Shown piece by piece: positions 33,729-42,850 of a stretch of 64,000 nt of DNA. Source of the DNA: Candidatus Bathyarchaeota archaeon (GTDB taxonomy: Archaea; Thermoproteota; Bathyarchaeia; Bathyarchaeales; Bathycorpusculaceae); assembly GCA_963815095.1 (NCBI GenBank), contig CAWFFH010000003.1, positions 1,312,001-1,376,000 on the forward strand. The letters run 5' to 3'. The position numbers were made by a program, and so were the translations under genes. The first letter of the stretch is position 1. Every line of letters begins with the position of its first letter. The notes under the pieces were generated by a model, which was given only the letters and a program-made list of their open reading frames with translations, ran no database searches and was not told the DNA's origin.

Positions 33729-34193
33729 TTGACGACTCCTCATGACGTTCCAGCTTCAAAATTTATCGCTCGTTTAGCAAAGTACCTTAGGGAAAACGTT
33801 GACGAAGTTCAACCTCTCCCATGGTCAGCCTTCGCCAAAACAGGCAACCACGTACAAAATCAGCCACAAGACCCCAACTGGTGGTATACAAGAAGCGCAT
33901 CCATTCTACGCAAAGTATACATTCACGGCCCAATCGGGCTAGAAAAGCTGCGTGCTGATTACGGCGGAAGAAAAAATAGAGGCAGCAAACCTAACCGAGT
34001 CGTGAAAGCAGGCGGAAGCGACATCCGCAAAGTTTTACAGCAACTTGAAACTGCAGGTTTAATTCAGATTTCAAAACCTAAAGGAAGAGTAATGAGTCCA
34101 AAAGGACGCAAACTACTCCAAGAAGTAGCGGGAGACTTATCAAAAGAAATAGTTAAAACTCTCCCTGAGCTCAAGAAATATCAAGGCGAATAG
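33729..34193 (+). CDS. rps19e: 30S ribosomal protein S19e
   Basis: WWYTRSASILRKVY, YGGRKNRG, IRKVLQQLE; TTG start. Confidence 0.95.
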   Translation: MTTPHDVPASKFIARLAKYLRENVDEVQPLPWSAFAKTGNHVQNQPQDPNWWYTRSASILRKVYIHGPIGLEKLRADYGGRKNRGSKPNRVVKAGGSDIRKVLQQLETAGLIQISKPKGRVMSPKGRKLLQEVAGDLSKEIVKTLPELKKYQGE

Positions 34194-34198
34194 TGACA

Positions 34199-34531
34199 AT
34201 GTCAGATGACGAGCTTGACCAAATTCGCAAACGAAAACTTTTGTCGATGCAGAACCGTCGCATGAGTGACGAGCAAAGGCAAGCTCAAGCAGAACAACAG
34301 ATGGAAGAACAAAAACAGGCGTTAATGGCAAAGATATTGTCGCCTGAAGCTCGGCAAAGGCTAAATAACCTGAAAATGGTTAAAAAAGAATTCGCCGAGA
34401 ACATTGAGATGCAACTCATTGAGATGGCGCAAACAGGAAAGTTGCCCATACCACTCTCAGATGCACAACTCAAACAGATCCTAGTTCAGCTTCAATCAAG
34501 GAAGCGAGAGACACAAATCAGAAGGATATAG
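34199..34531 (+). CDS. PDCD5-family DNA-binding protein
   Basis: DDELDQIRKRKL...ILSPEARQRLNNLKMVK; usual position after rps19e. Confidence 0.9.
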   Translation: MSDDELDQIRKRKLLSMQNRRMSDEQRQAQAEQQMEEQKQALMAKILSPEARQRLNNLKMVKKEFAENIEMQLIEMAQTGKLPIPLSDAQLKQILVQLQSRKRETQIRRI

Positions 34532-34534
34532 AAG

Positions 34535-34693
34535 ATGGCAAGAGTTAAACCAATAGGAAAAAAACTCAGATTAGCCAAAGCTGGCAAAGAATCACAGTCA
34601 GTTCCAACATGGGTAATTGCCAGAACTGACGGAAAAGTTAGAAATAACCCTAAGCAGAGACGCAACTGGAGAACTAGAAAGATAAAGGCATAG
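34535..34693 (+). CDS. rpl39e: 50S ribosomal protein L39e (absent from ORF track)
   Basis: MARVKPIGKKLRLAKAGKESQSVPTWVIARTDGKVRNNPKQRRNWRTRKIKA, 52 aa. Confidence 0.95.
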   Translation: MARVKPIGKKLRLAKAGKESQSVPTWVIARTDGKVRNNPKQRRNWRTRKIKA

Positions 34694-34707
34694 GAGAATA
34701 GGAAGCC

Positions 34708-35187
34708 ATGGCAAAAGAAACCAAAGTTAACCAAGCAACAAAACAAGAAGAAGTAGAAGAATTAGCTGTTTTGCCAGAAGAAGAAGCTGGAACAGAGATG
34801 GCTGCAGAGCAAGCTCCGGTTGAAGAAAAAGCGCCCGAAGAAGAAGCTGTTGCAGAAGCTAAGCCTAAGAAAAAGAAGAAAGAAGAAGAAATTGTTGAAG
34901 AAAGATTCTATACAATTCCCCTGTCAAGAGCTCTGGTTCGTCCACCAAAGAAACGTGCTCCCCGTGCTATGCAACTTGTCAAAATCTTTGTCACCAAGCA
35001 CATGAAGCTTGCCATGAAGGTTTCTGAAGAAGAGGAAGAAGAAGAATTACCTCAGCTCATCATTAGCAAAGAAGTTAATGAAAAAATTTGGGACCGAGGA
35101 ATCGAGAAGCCTCCACGCAAGATCAAAACGCGCGTGACCAAAGACAGAGACGGTAATGTTACTGTCTACTTAGCAGAAACACAATAA
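34708..35187 (+). CDS. rpl31e: 50S ribosomal protein L31e with acidic N-terminal extension
   Basis: EERFYTIPL...KRAPRAM...VNEKIWDRGIEKPPRKIK. Confidence 0.93.
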   Translation: MAKETKVNQATKQEEVEELAVLPEEEAGTEMAAEQAPVEEKAPEEEAVAEAKPKKKKKEEEIVEERFYTIPLSRALVRPPKKRAPRAMQLVKIFVTKHMKLAMKVSEEEEEEELPQLIISKEVNEKIWDRGIEKPPRKIKTRVTKDRDGNVTVYLAETQ

Positions 35188-35432
35188 CTGTTTCTTTTAA
35201 TTTTTTGTTTTATTTTAGTTTGCTTATCTTTTTAGGCTTTCTCTATTATTGAGCAATTATTTTTAGCTGCTCATGTGATGAAAAGCGCCAATTCGATTTA
35301 CCCTCTTAGGATTTCAAGAAGGTTTTCGACTTGGTTTTCTAAATATTTTTGATGCTATATTAACCGCAATCTAAAAAAAGGAGTATCGCATGAAACTTTC
35401 GCTAATAGAACATTCATCAGGAGATTTAATTC

Positions 35433-36116
35433 TTGACCGTTTACTTATCAAGCATCGTTGGAAGCGCAAGTATTGGTGTATACGCGTTGGCAACTGAGAA
35501 CATAGTTTTGATTCCGAGGATGGTGCCTCGGGAAAAAGCCCAAGAGTTCGCGGATTGGCTAAAAGTGAAGCTTGCCTACACATCCATTTCTGGTTCAGTT
35601 TTGGCTGGTTCATTGGTTTGTGCAAACTCTGGCGGTATGTTGGTTTCACATGCTATTCGAGAAGAAGAGTTAGCCGCGTTAAAATCGGTTTTCGAGGGGA
35701 ACATTACTGTTATGGATTCTAAGAAAACTGCTTATGGCAACCTAATTTTAACTAACGATAAAGGCGCAATCGTCGATCCAAGGTTTAAAGAAACTGAAAT
35801 TAAAAAAATCTCTCAAGCCCTAGGCGTGGAAGTTGTATCCACAGAAATCGCTGGTTTACCATACGTCGGTTCTTTAGCAGTAGCTACCAACAAAGGTGTA
35901 CTTGCGCATCCTCTCTTGAAAGATGAGGAGAAGAAAATTTTGGAAAATATCTTCAAAGTTCCCGTTGACGTTGGCACAGTAAACTGTGGAGTCCCATATG
36001 TTGGCACAGGTTTGTTGGCGAATAGTCACGCCGCTGTTGCTGGTTCTATGACAACTGGACCCGAGATGTTTATAATTGGGAACGCACTGGATGTTGTGCA
36101 GGAAGAAGAAAAATGA
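35433..36116 (+). CDS. eif6: Translation initiation factor 6 (aIF6)
   Basis: GNLILTNDKGA, VGSLAVATNKG, GTVNCG, GSMTTGPE. Confidence 0.95.
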   Translation: MTVYLSSIVGSASIGVYALATENIVLIPRMVPREKAQEFADWLKVKLAYTSISGSVLAGSLVCANSGGMLVSHAIREEELAALKSVFEGNITVMDSKKTAYGNLILTNDKGAIVDPRFKETEIKKISQALGVEVVSTEIAGLPYVGSLAVATNKGVLAHPLLKDEEKKILENIFKVPVDVGTVNCGVPYVGTGLLANSHAAVAGSMTTGPEMFIIGNALDVVQEEEK

Positions 36117-36340
36117 AAGCTTACAAAGTAACAGGCCAAATCAACAAGCCCAGACTAAAGACTCCATTTGTTAGAGAACTCTTAGCCGACAAAACCGAAC
36201 ACGCCGTTGAGAGAGTTTACGCTGAAATCGGCAGCCGTCACCGCGTAAAACGCCACCACATCAAAATCACAAGCTCCGAAGAGATTACGGTAGACCAAAT
36301 TGAGAATCCTATCTTGAAAAAGATTGTAAGTGGGGCATAG
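36113..36340 (+). CDS. rpl18a: 50S ribosomal protein L18Ae/LX
   Basis: AVERVYAEIGSRHRVKRHHIKI. Confidence 0.92.
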   Translation: MKAYKVTGQINKPRLKTPFVRELLADKTEHAVERVYAEIGSRHRVKRHHIKITSSEEITVDQIENPILKKIVSGA

Positions 36341-36343
36341 TTC

Positions 36344-36784
36344 TTGGCGCAGAGAGCTCAAGCTGAAGAGGAACTTCGTAGACTCAGCATGGAAATGCGT
36401 TACCTAGAACAAACTGCAGATGCTCTGCAGCAACGCATAAGCATGGTAAATGCAGCACTCACCGACATAAACTACGCAAACATGACCTTAGACGGCATGG
36501 AAAAAGAAAAAGAAAACTCAGAGTTACTGATTCCAATCGGCGGAAGCTCTTACGTTAAAGTGAAACTTGCTGACCCAAACAAAGTAATTGTGGGCATGGG
36601 TTCAGGCGTTTCAGTCGAGAAAACCCTACCTGAAGCTAAAGCAGCTCTTAAAGAACGGTTGGATGAGTTGGAGAAAACCATGCATGCATCTCAACAACAG
36701 TTCAGTCAAGTTGCTGAGCGAATAAACTCGGGCAGAGGAAGACTTGAAAACCTGCTTGCCAGCGCGCGACAAGGGACACAGTAG
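36344..36784 (+). CDS. pfdA: Prefoldin subunit alpha
   Basis: ELLIPIGGSSYVKVKL...VIVGMGSGVSVEKT flanked by coiled coils. Confidence 0.93.
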   Translation: MAQRAQAEEELRRLSMEMRYLEQTADALQQRISMVNAALTDINYANMTLDGMEKEKENSELLIPIGGSSYVKVKLADPNKVIVGMGSGVSVEKTLPEAKAALKERLDELEKTMHASQQQFSQVAERINSGRGRLENLLASARQGTQ

Positions 36785-36788
36785 TTCA

Positions 36789-37694
36789 ATGTTTGAGAAA
36801 CTCAAGTCTGGTTTTAAAGGCTTAGTAAATAAGGTAACCACAACTGAGCTTAAATCAGAAAATCTAACTCCTATTTTATCGGATTTTAAAATGAGTTTAG
36901 CAGAGAACGATGTTGCTTTTCCAGTGGCAGACAAAATCTGTGATGAACTGGAAAAACGTTTGGCAGGGGTTCAGGTTAAACGTTTAGACGATCGCAAAAA
37001 AATCGTTGAAGACAACCTTCGACAAGTCCTTTTAGATGTCATGTTAACTAACGTACGAATTGATCTTCTAAATTTAGCAGAGGAGAAACGTAAGAAAAAG
37101 GAACCGTTTGTTTTGATGTTTGTTGGCATCAATGGCACAGGAAAAACCACAACCATCGCTAAGGTTGCCCAGTTTATGCGAGACAAAAGCTATTCAGTTT
37201 TGCTTGCTGCTGCTGACACTTATCGAGCCGGCTCCATCGAGCAGTTAGAGGAACACGGTAAACGTTTAGGTATGCGTGTTGTTAAAAGCATCTACGGCGG
37301 CGATCCAGCAGCAGTCGCCTTTGATGCTGTAAGTCACGCAAAAGCACATGGCATAAACATTGTTTTGATTGACACCGCAGGTAGAATGCAGACCAACCAG
37401 AACTTGATGAATGAACTTGTTAAAATTAAACGCGTTGTGCATCCTGACTTGACAGTTTTCGTGGTTGATTCGCTAATTGGAAACGATGCAGTTATGCAGG
37501 CGGAAGAATTCAACAAAGCAATTGGTGTTGATGCAACCATTCTCACTAAAGTGGATGCTGACGTAAAAGGCGGCTCAGCATTAAGTGTAACTTTTGTGAC
37601 CCAAAAACCGATTCTGTTTATAGGCGTGGGGCAAACCTACAAGGATCTGGAACTGTTTAACCCAGAAAAATTCGTCAATATGGTTCTACGATAG
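36789..37694 (+). CDS. ftsY: Signal recognition particle receptor FtsY
   Basis: GINGTGKTTT, DTYRAG, DTAGR, TKVD motifs; ATG 36789. Confidence 0.95.
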   Translation: MFEKLKSGFKGLVNKVTTTELKSENLTPILSDFKMSLAENDVAFPVADKICDELEKRLAGVQVKRLDDRKKIVEDNLRQVLLDVMLTNVRIDLLNLAEEKRKKKEPFVLMFVGINGTGKTTTIAKVAQFMRDKSYSVLLAAADTYRAGSIEQLEEHGKRLGMRVVKSIYGGDPAAVAFDAVSHAKAHGINIVLIDTAGRMQTNQNLMNELVKIKRVVHPDLTVFVVDSLIGNDAVMQAEEFNKAIGVDATILTKVDADVKGGSALSVTFVTQKPILFIGVGQTYKDLELFNPEKFVNMVLR

Positions 37695-37695
37695 C

Positions 37696-38055
37696 TCAAG
37701 GTTCTTCAATAGCATCTAAATCAAAGCGTATTTTGCTTGGGTAAACCCAGTAGGCTTTGATGAAATCTTCCATGGCTTGGTCGACGTCTAAACTGTCAAA
37801 GAAATTAAAGAATTCCTTATCAATTCCCTCGAGACTCTTGGAAGTATAAACTTTCAGGTATGCCAAATATTCCTTTCCAAGATTCAATTCTTGCATAGGA
37901 ATGCTTTCTTGAACATTTACTGCAAAGGTCAAATTAGTTAAAACATCAAGTACGGCTGCTTTGCGGACGGTTTCATTTTTTGTTTTTACCACAATTAGCC
38001 GTTGTTCGTTTTTCCTATAGTTCCAATCGGGTTCCTGATTTAATGAAGCTGACAA
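37696..38055 (-). CDS. Hypothetical protein
   Basis: 119-aa intact ORF convergent with ftsY. Confidence 0.65.
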   Translation of the reverse strand: MSASLNQEPDWNYRKNEQRLIVVKTKNETVRKAAVLDVLTNLTFAVNVQESIPMQELNLGKEYLAYLKVYTSKSLEGIDKEFFNFFDSLDVDQAMEDFIKAYWVYPSKIRFDLDAIEEP

Positions 38056-38096
38056 ATAAAATCCTCAAAAAATAAAGTGCAGCGAACTATTTTATG

Positions 38097-38402
38097 TTAC
38101 TTCTTGAGTTCCACAACTAAAAGTTCAATCGTGGACTTACCTATGTTTTCTGCTTCATGTGACTGAGCCTTGAGGAAGATTGCGTCTTTTTCCTTTAGGT
38201 CTAAAACATCGGTTTTGCCCTCGGAGGTCAACTTCATTTTGCCACCTTCAAGCACGTAAACTACGTGGTCGGGGTGATGATGCATAACCGCTTTCTCGCC
38301 AACCTTAAAAGTAACATCGAATACTCGAACGCGGTCATTTTCCATCTTTAACTTGTAAACGTTACCTGCAACGTCTAAAGGATCGGGCATGTTTTTGGAC
38401 AT
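38097..38402 (-). CDS. Cupin domain protein
   Basis: ENDRVRV, MHHHPDHVVYVLEGG, HEAENIG. Confidence 0.85.
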   Translation of the reverse strand: MSKNMPDPLDVAGNVYKLKMENDRVRVFDVTFKVGEKAVMHHHPDHVVYVLEGGKMKLTSEGKTDVLDLKEKDAIFLKAQSHEAENIGKSTIELLVVELKK

Positions 38403-38570
38403 AAAATAATTCACCAAAATCAACTCAGCTTCTAAAGCAATTAAGTCTATGTGGTAACGAACAGACAATCACAAAACAAGAATCACAGATAATTGAAGGT
38501 TGAAAAACCAAAATCGCCTACCTCTATTGGTCTAGGCGAAAATATTCTGTAGGATCTTCGTTGGTTGGCG

Positions 38571-38789
38571 TTAAGGTTTGGATTCGTCTTTTTTCCATTT
38601 TGCAGTATCGCGCAAATTTTGGATTGGCGAATCTTCTGTGAAACCTTGAGTAGCTTGGGTTTTTTGCTTGTACTTTTGTTCTGCCAGCTTCGCTTGGCCT
38701 TCTTTGCTGCTTAACTCAACGCTGTTTCCAAGTTTGTAGATTGTTCTACCAATCCTGCGTTCTCCTCTTGTAGCGGTGCATCTTCCCAT
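38571..38789 (-). CDS. Small basic hypothetical protein
   Basis: 72-aa ATG ORF divergent from the SRPBCC gene. Confidence 0.45.
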   Translation of the reverse strand: MGRCTATRGERRIGRTIYKLGNSVELSSKEGQAKLAEQKYKQKTQATQGFTEDSPIQNLRDTAKWKKDESKP

Positions 38790-38855
38790 TTTAGCTCACC
38801 AAAATGATAAACATTAAAGTTAAAAAACCCTTCCAACCTAATACTCTAGTGGTCA

Positions 38856-39280
38856 TGATATTTTTGAACAAGTTAGAAGTAACGACAATAACCCAAAAAG
38901 TCATAATCCCAAAAGCCTCCCCAAAACAAGTCTACGAAGCCTTCGTTGATCCCAAAATACACAGCGAATTCACAGACAGCAAAGCCACCGGCAAACCAGT
39001 CGTTGGCGGCAAATTCACCGCATGGGACGGATACATATCAGGAAAGTTTCTTGAGCTTGAAGAAGGAAAAAAAGTGGTTCAAGAGTGGTCTTCAACAGAT
39101 TTTCCAGAAGGTGCTTCTCCTTCAAGGTTGGAGTTGACTTTTTGTGCGGTGCCCAAGGGAACGGAAATCGTGATGGTGCACTCGAATGTTCCTAAGGACC
39201 AAGAAGCTGAGACTGCTGAGGGATGGACAGAATTCTACTGGGAACCGTTGAAGGAATACTTCAAGAGAACTCAGAAGTAA
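38856..39280 (+). CDS. SRPBCC/AHSA1 domain protein
   Basis: ASPKQVYEAF, GGKFTAWDGYISG, GWTEFYWEPLK; exact start uncertain. Confidence 0.85.
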
Positions 39281-39287
39281 CATTGAT

Positions 39288-40781
39288 TTATTCTGCGGTG
39301 CTCGTTGTAAATTTCTTTTCATCTTTTTTGCAAAGATCCCTAACGAGATTACGCCCCATCAAACATACCGTGTTCAATCCGATTGTACCTCCAGCCCACT
39401 GTCCAACCATGTAGAAATTCTGCAGCCCCGGCAACGTTTTACTCACGCCGTTTTTGGTTACATCTTTTTGGTATTCCTTCGGTGCACCATAGGCTTGGCA
39501 ACCGCGGTACGCGGCGGTCCAATGCTCAGCAGAGATTGGCGTAACTACATCTGTGGCTTCTATTTTACTGTGGAATCCAGAAAACCGCTCTTCCAGTCGT
39601 TCCGCAATTTGGTCGGCAACTTTCTGTTTTTCAACACGGTATTTTTCCGCATCAAGAGATAACGGTTTCCAATAATCATAGTTTGAATCCAATACAACTT
39701 TTATGACGGTTTTGCCTTCAGGCGCAAGCGATTGGTCAAAGTTGAAGACTTCTATATCAAGCCTGTCCCGTTCAGTTCCTTCTATGGATACGGGTTTATC
39801 GAGGAAACGCACTATTGAATGAGGTTCCCCCGAGAATTTCATGTTAACTCCGTACCAGACTTCAAGTCCGAAAGGTTGAGTTTTTGGGTAAGCTTTGTAG
39901 TACGCATTGATTTTATCACTTACGTATTTTCCTTCCAGCATGCCAAAAATCGTGGAATACCCATCAGCTGCAGAAACAACAACATCCCCAAAATGCTCAC
40001 TGCCATCCCCAAGAACAACCCCAACAGCAGCACCATCTTTAACAATTATCTTCTCAACTTTAGAACGATAAGCAAACTCTCCTCCAAGACCTAAATAACG
40101 CTGCTCAATATTTCTAGAGAGAGCCATAGAGCCTCCGATTGGCCATCCACCATCTCCATTGTTTAGGGTAGCTAAGAAAATCAGAGCGATTACAGTAGGT
40201 GCCTCCGGGATATCGTATTGGATTGTTGCGAAAGCCCTTCGCAGGAAGGGGTCAGCGAATTGTTCTGCATAGTCTCTTAGGGTTACTTTGCTGTACTTTA
40301 TCAAAGCCCCCATTAGAGGGAGCATTTTTAGTTTCGTTCCAATGCCACCTGACATAGCCGCAAATAAATCGTAACCGCTAAACCTTTTCGCCGCTTTGAT
40401 GAATTCATCCACGCGTTTCTCGTCTGCTGGCGAGAAAGATTTTAGATGTTGCCTAAGTTTTTCGAGGTCCGTGTGGACAGTTAAAACTTTGCCAGTTGGG
40501 TCCTCCACTTGAACGAACTCTTTGAAACTATGGATTCTTAAACCTTTAAGTGCGCCAAGTTCCCGCCACATATGATTATTTACTGAATTCGGGGTGACTC
40601 CGAAAACATTGTGGACGGCATAGTCAAAAGTGTAGCCTTTGCGTTTCCATGAAACACAAACTCCACCCGGTTTTTCTTGCATCTCAAAAATCTTGGTTTT
40701 GTAACCGTTCATTTGAGCATAGCAGCCTGTCGCTAAACCTGCCAGCCCTGCCCCGATTATTACTATGGATTTGCTAGACAT
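39288..40781 (-). CDS. NAD(P)/FAD-dependent oxidoreductase, phytoene desaturase-like
   Basis: IIGAGLAGL, EMQEKPGG, WPIGGS, LQNFYMVGQW. Confidence 0.85.
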   Translation of the reverse strand: MSSKSIVIIGAGLAGLATGCYAQMNGYKTKIFEMQEKPGGVCVSWKRKGYTFDYAVHNVFGVTPNSVNNHMWRELGALKGLRIHSFKEFVQVEDPTGKVLTVHTDLEKLRQHLKSFSPADEKRVDEFIKAAKRFSGYDLFAAMSGGIGTKLKMLPLMGALIKYSKVTLRDYAEQFADPFLRRAFATIQYDIPEAPTVIALIFLATLNNGDGGWPIGGSMALSRNIEQRYLGLGGEFAYRSKVEKIIVKDGAAVGVVLGDGSEHFGDVVVSAADGYSTIFGMLEGKYVSDKINAYYKAYPKTQPFGLEVWYGVNMKFSGEPHSIVRFLDKPVSIEGTERDRLDIEVFNFDQSLAPEGKTVIKVVLDSNYDYWKPLSLDAEKYRVEKQKVADQIAERLEERFSGFHSKIEATDVVTPISAEHWTAAYRGCQAYGAPKEYQKDVTKNGVSKTLPGLQNFYMVGQWAGGTIGLNTVCLMGRNLVRDLCKKDEKKFTTSTAE

Positions 40782-40866
40782 CTTAAATCCTTGCCAATCT
40801 AAAATTCAGCAATTAGCGTTAAATATTTTCCCAAAGTCAAGTCGACACAGAGTTATTTCCATAGAA

Positions 40867-41079
40867 TTATTTTTTTATGGACGATTCTCTGATGGTTCCA
40901 ACTATAGTTTGCACCGTTTCTTCACAAACCTCAGGTTTCCAAGTGCAAATGCCCTCAATAATCTCATCAAGATAATGTGCCAACTCTTCACTTTTCACTT
41001 CTTTAGCACAATCAACCTTGTAGACGATTTCATCTTTTTTTCGGCTCACAACTATATTAACCAAAACGTTTTCATCCAT
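40867..41079 (-). CDS. Small hypothetical protein
   Basis: 70-aa ATG ORF with upstream AGGT. Confidence 0.5.
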   Translation of the reverse strand: MDENVLVNIVVSRKKDEIVYKVDCAKEVKSEELAHYLDEIIEGICTWKPEVCEETVQTIVGTIRESSIKK

Positions 41080-41146
41080 ACCTATTCAGCCTTAATGCTA
41101 CTTAATGCACTTTAAATTTAAGCTTTCTTTTACCCCCAACAGACTA

Positions 41147-41356
41147 CTATATCCTGTTGAAGTATTCAAGCGGGGCATACCAAAGAATCGTAATTCGTTT
41201 TTTGCACTCGGGATTCTGGCAATTGTACCTTTTTTTCAAAATATTTTCATGATAACTTTTCGGTATCGGTTTAGTAAGGGAAAATGCAGAGTGAAGCGGG
41301 TCAGGTGGCTCAACTTCGAGGATTTCATAACAGTAGGGGCATTCAAGAGTTGCCAT
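41147..41356 (-). CDS. Small zinc-ribbon protein
   Basis: LECPYC...YNCQNPEC; start MATLEC (ORF track 41371). Confidence 0.65.
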   Translation of the reverse strand: MATLECPYCYEILEVEPPDPLHSAFSLTKPIPKSYHENILKKRYNCQNPECKKRITILWYAPLEYFNRI

Positions 41357-41472
41357 TGCGACATCCTCCAATTAACAATAGGCGCTCTAAACTAAAAAAA
41401 CTTGCCATCCTATCCCAAAAAACTAAAAGCTTTAAATTATCTATTAATTCAAAAACTTGTGGTAACAGTAAG

Positions 41473-42681
41473 ATGAGCCTGATTGTTCAGGGAATATCAC
41501 GAGTTTACTGCAAAGTAGCGTCTTTGAGAACTCGATGGAAACTCGTATTAATTGCACTCGTTGCCCTGCTTGTTTTTTTGCTCTCAAAAGGTCCTCCACC
41601 TGGGCAAAACCACTTTGTGTATTTGGCGGACGCTTTTCTCCATGGCAGATTAGGCGTGACCGGTGGAGGGACAGCGCTTGCTGAAATCGTGTCCTTTCAC
41701 GGTAACTTTTATGTTGTTTATCCACCGATGCCCGCGGTTCTTCTCTTGCCTTTCGTGGCACTTTTCGGCATATCCGTTGATCAAGGTTTAATGTCTATAT
41801 TTTTGGCATGCTTGTGTGTTGCAGCAACTTGGTTTATGCTTAAGAAAACAGGAGTAAAGGGAAACAAAGCGTTGTGGTTAACGGCATTGTTTGGTTTTGG
41901 AACGTGCTTCTGGTTCACCGCTGCTGTTGGCTCCTCATGGTACATTGAGCATGTCGTTGCTGTTCTTTTTCTCACTTTAGCCATAATTCTTGCGCTCTAC
42001 AAGAAAAGTCCGTTCCTCATTGGTTTGCTGTTAGGTTTTGCATTCTTTGCACGTCTGCCAGTTATCCTCTCCTTCCCATTTTTCCTACTGCTTTTTTATG
42101 AACAAAACAGCGTATGGAAGCCAAGGTTAAATCAAGCGGCCTATTTTCTGATCGGTTTAGGAATAATTGTGGGTGTGTATGAGTTGTATAATTTTGGGCG
42201 TTGGGGCGTCTTTTCCGACATCGGTTACAACATCATACCGGGTATTCAGCAGGATCCGTACTTCCAACAGGGCATCTTCAATATCGCCTATATTCCACGG
42301 CACATCTACGCAATCCTATTCCAAGGCCCCATACTTCTAAACCGCTTCCCCTACTTCGAACCAAACTGGATAGGCTTGGGATTGTTCTTTACTACTCCAG
42401 CATTCATCTACATCTTCAAAGGACCCTGGAACAGGCTCAGCAAATACGCAGCCTTAGCGGTAGCCTGCATCTTGCCCATCTTAATTACTCATGGTACAGT
42501 TGGTTTCACACAGTTCGGCTACCGCTTCAGCCTCGATTTTACCCCTTTCCTCATGTTGCTTGCGGCTAAAGGTATGAGGGAAAACTTGGGTTGGGAAGAA
42601 AAAACCCTGATAATGCTAAGCATTCTGGTAAACCTTTGGGGTGTTGTTTCGATAATTAAGTTTAATTTTGTAAGTTTCTAA
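41473..42681 (+). CDS. Polytopic membrane protein, GT-C-like
   Basis: YLADAFLHG, YVVYPPMPA, QFGYRFSLDF; about 10 TM helices; ATG 41473. Confidence 0.7.
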   Translation: MSLIVQGISRVYCKVASLRTRWKLVLIALVALLVFLLSKGPPPGQNHFVYLADAFLHGRLGVTGGGTALAEIVSFHGNFYVVYPPMPAVLLLPFVALFGISVDQGLMSIFLACLCVAATWFMLKKTGVKGNKALWLTALFGFGTCFWFTAAVGSSWYIEHVVAVLFLTLAIILALYKKSPFLIGLLLGFAFFARLPVILSFPFFLLLFYEQNSVWKPRLNQAAYFLIGLGIIVGVYELYNFGRWGVFSDIGYNIIPGIQQDPYFQQGIFNIAYIPRHIYAILFQGPILLNRFPYFEPNWIGLGLFFTTPAFIYIFKGPWNRLSKYAALAVACILPILITHGTVGFTQFGYRFSLDFTPFLMLLAAKGMRENLGWEEKTLIMLSILVNLWGVVSIIKFNFVSF

Positions 42682-42784
42682 TTTTTTTAGAGGCATTTTG
42701 TTCCTATTTGAAAGAAATATTTTTTCTTTTCACGCTTTATAATTTACAAAAGGTATTTAAATCTATAAATGACTAGAATAACAC

Positions 42785-42826
42785 TGTTATTTAGTGGATT
42801 GTTTTGTGTTTTTCTACTAAATAACA
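42785..42826 (+). promoter_or_regulatory. 5'-leader hairpin of propeller gene 4
   Basis: TGTTATTTAGTGGA / TCTACTAAATAACA 14-bp stem with one G-U, ~30 bp after TTTAAA. Confidence 0.6.
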
Positions 42827-42850
42827 TATCAATAGGAGAAGAAAAATTAA

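Noticed and set aside
35270-35340. C/D box sRNA (GTGATGA) between rpl31e and aIF6, or a fourth copy of the tRNA flank repeat
   Set aside because: No CTGA D box at a suitable distance, and similarity is limited to TGTGATGAAAAGC
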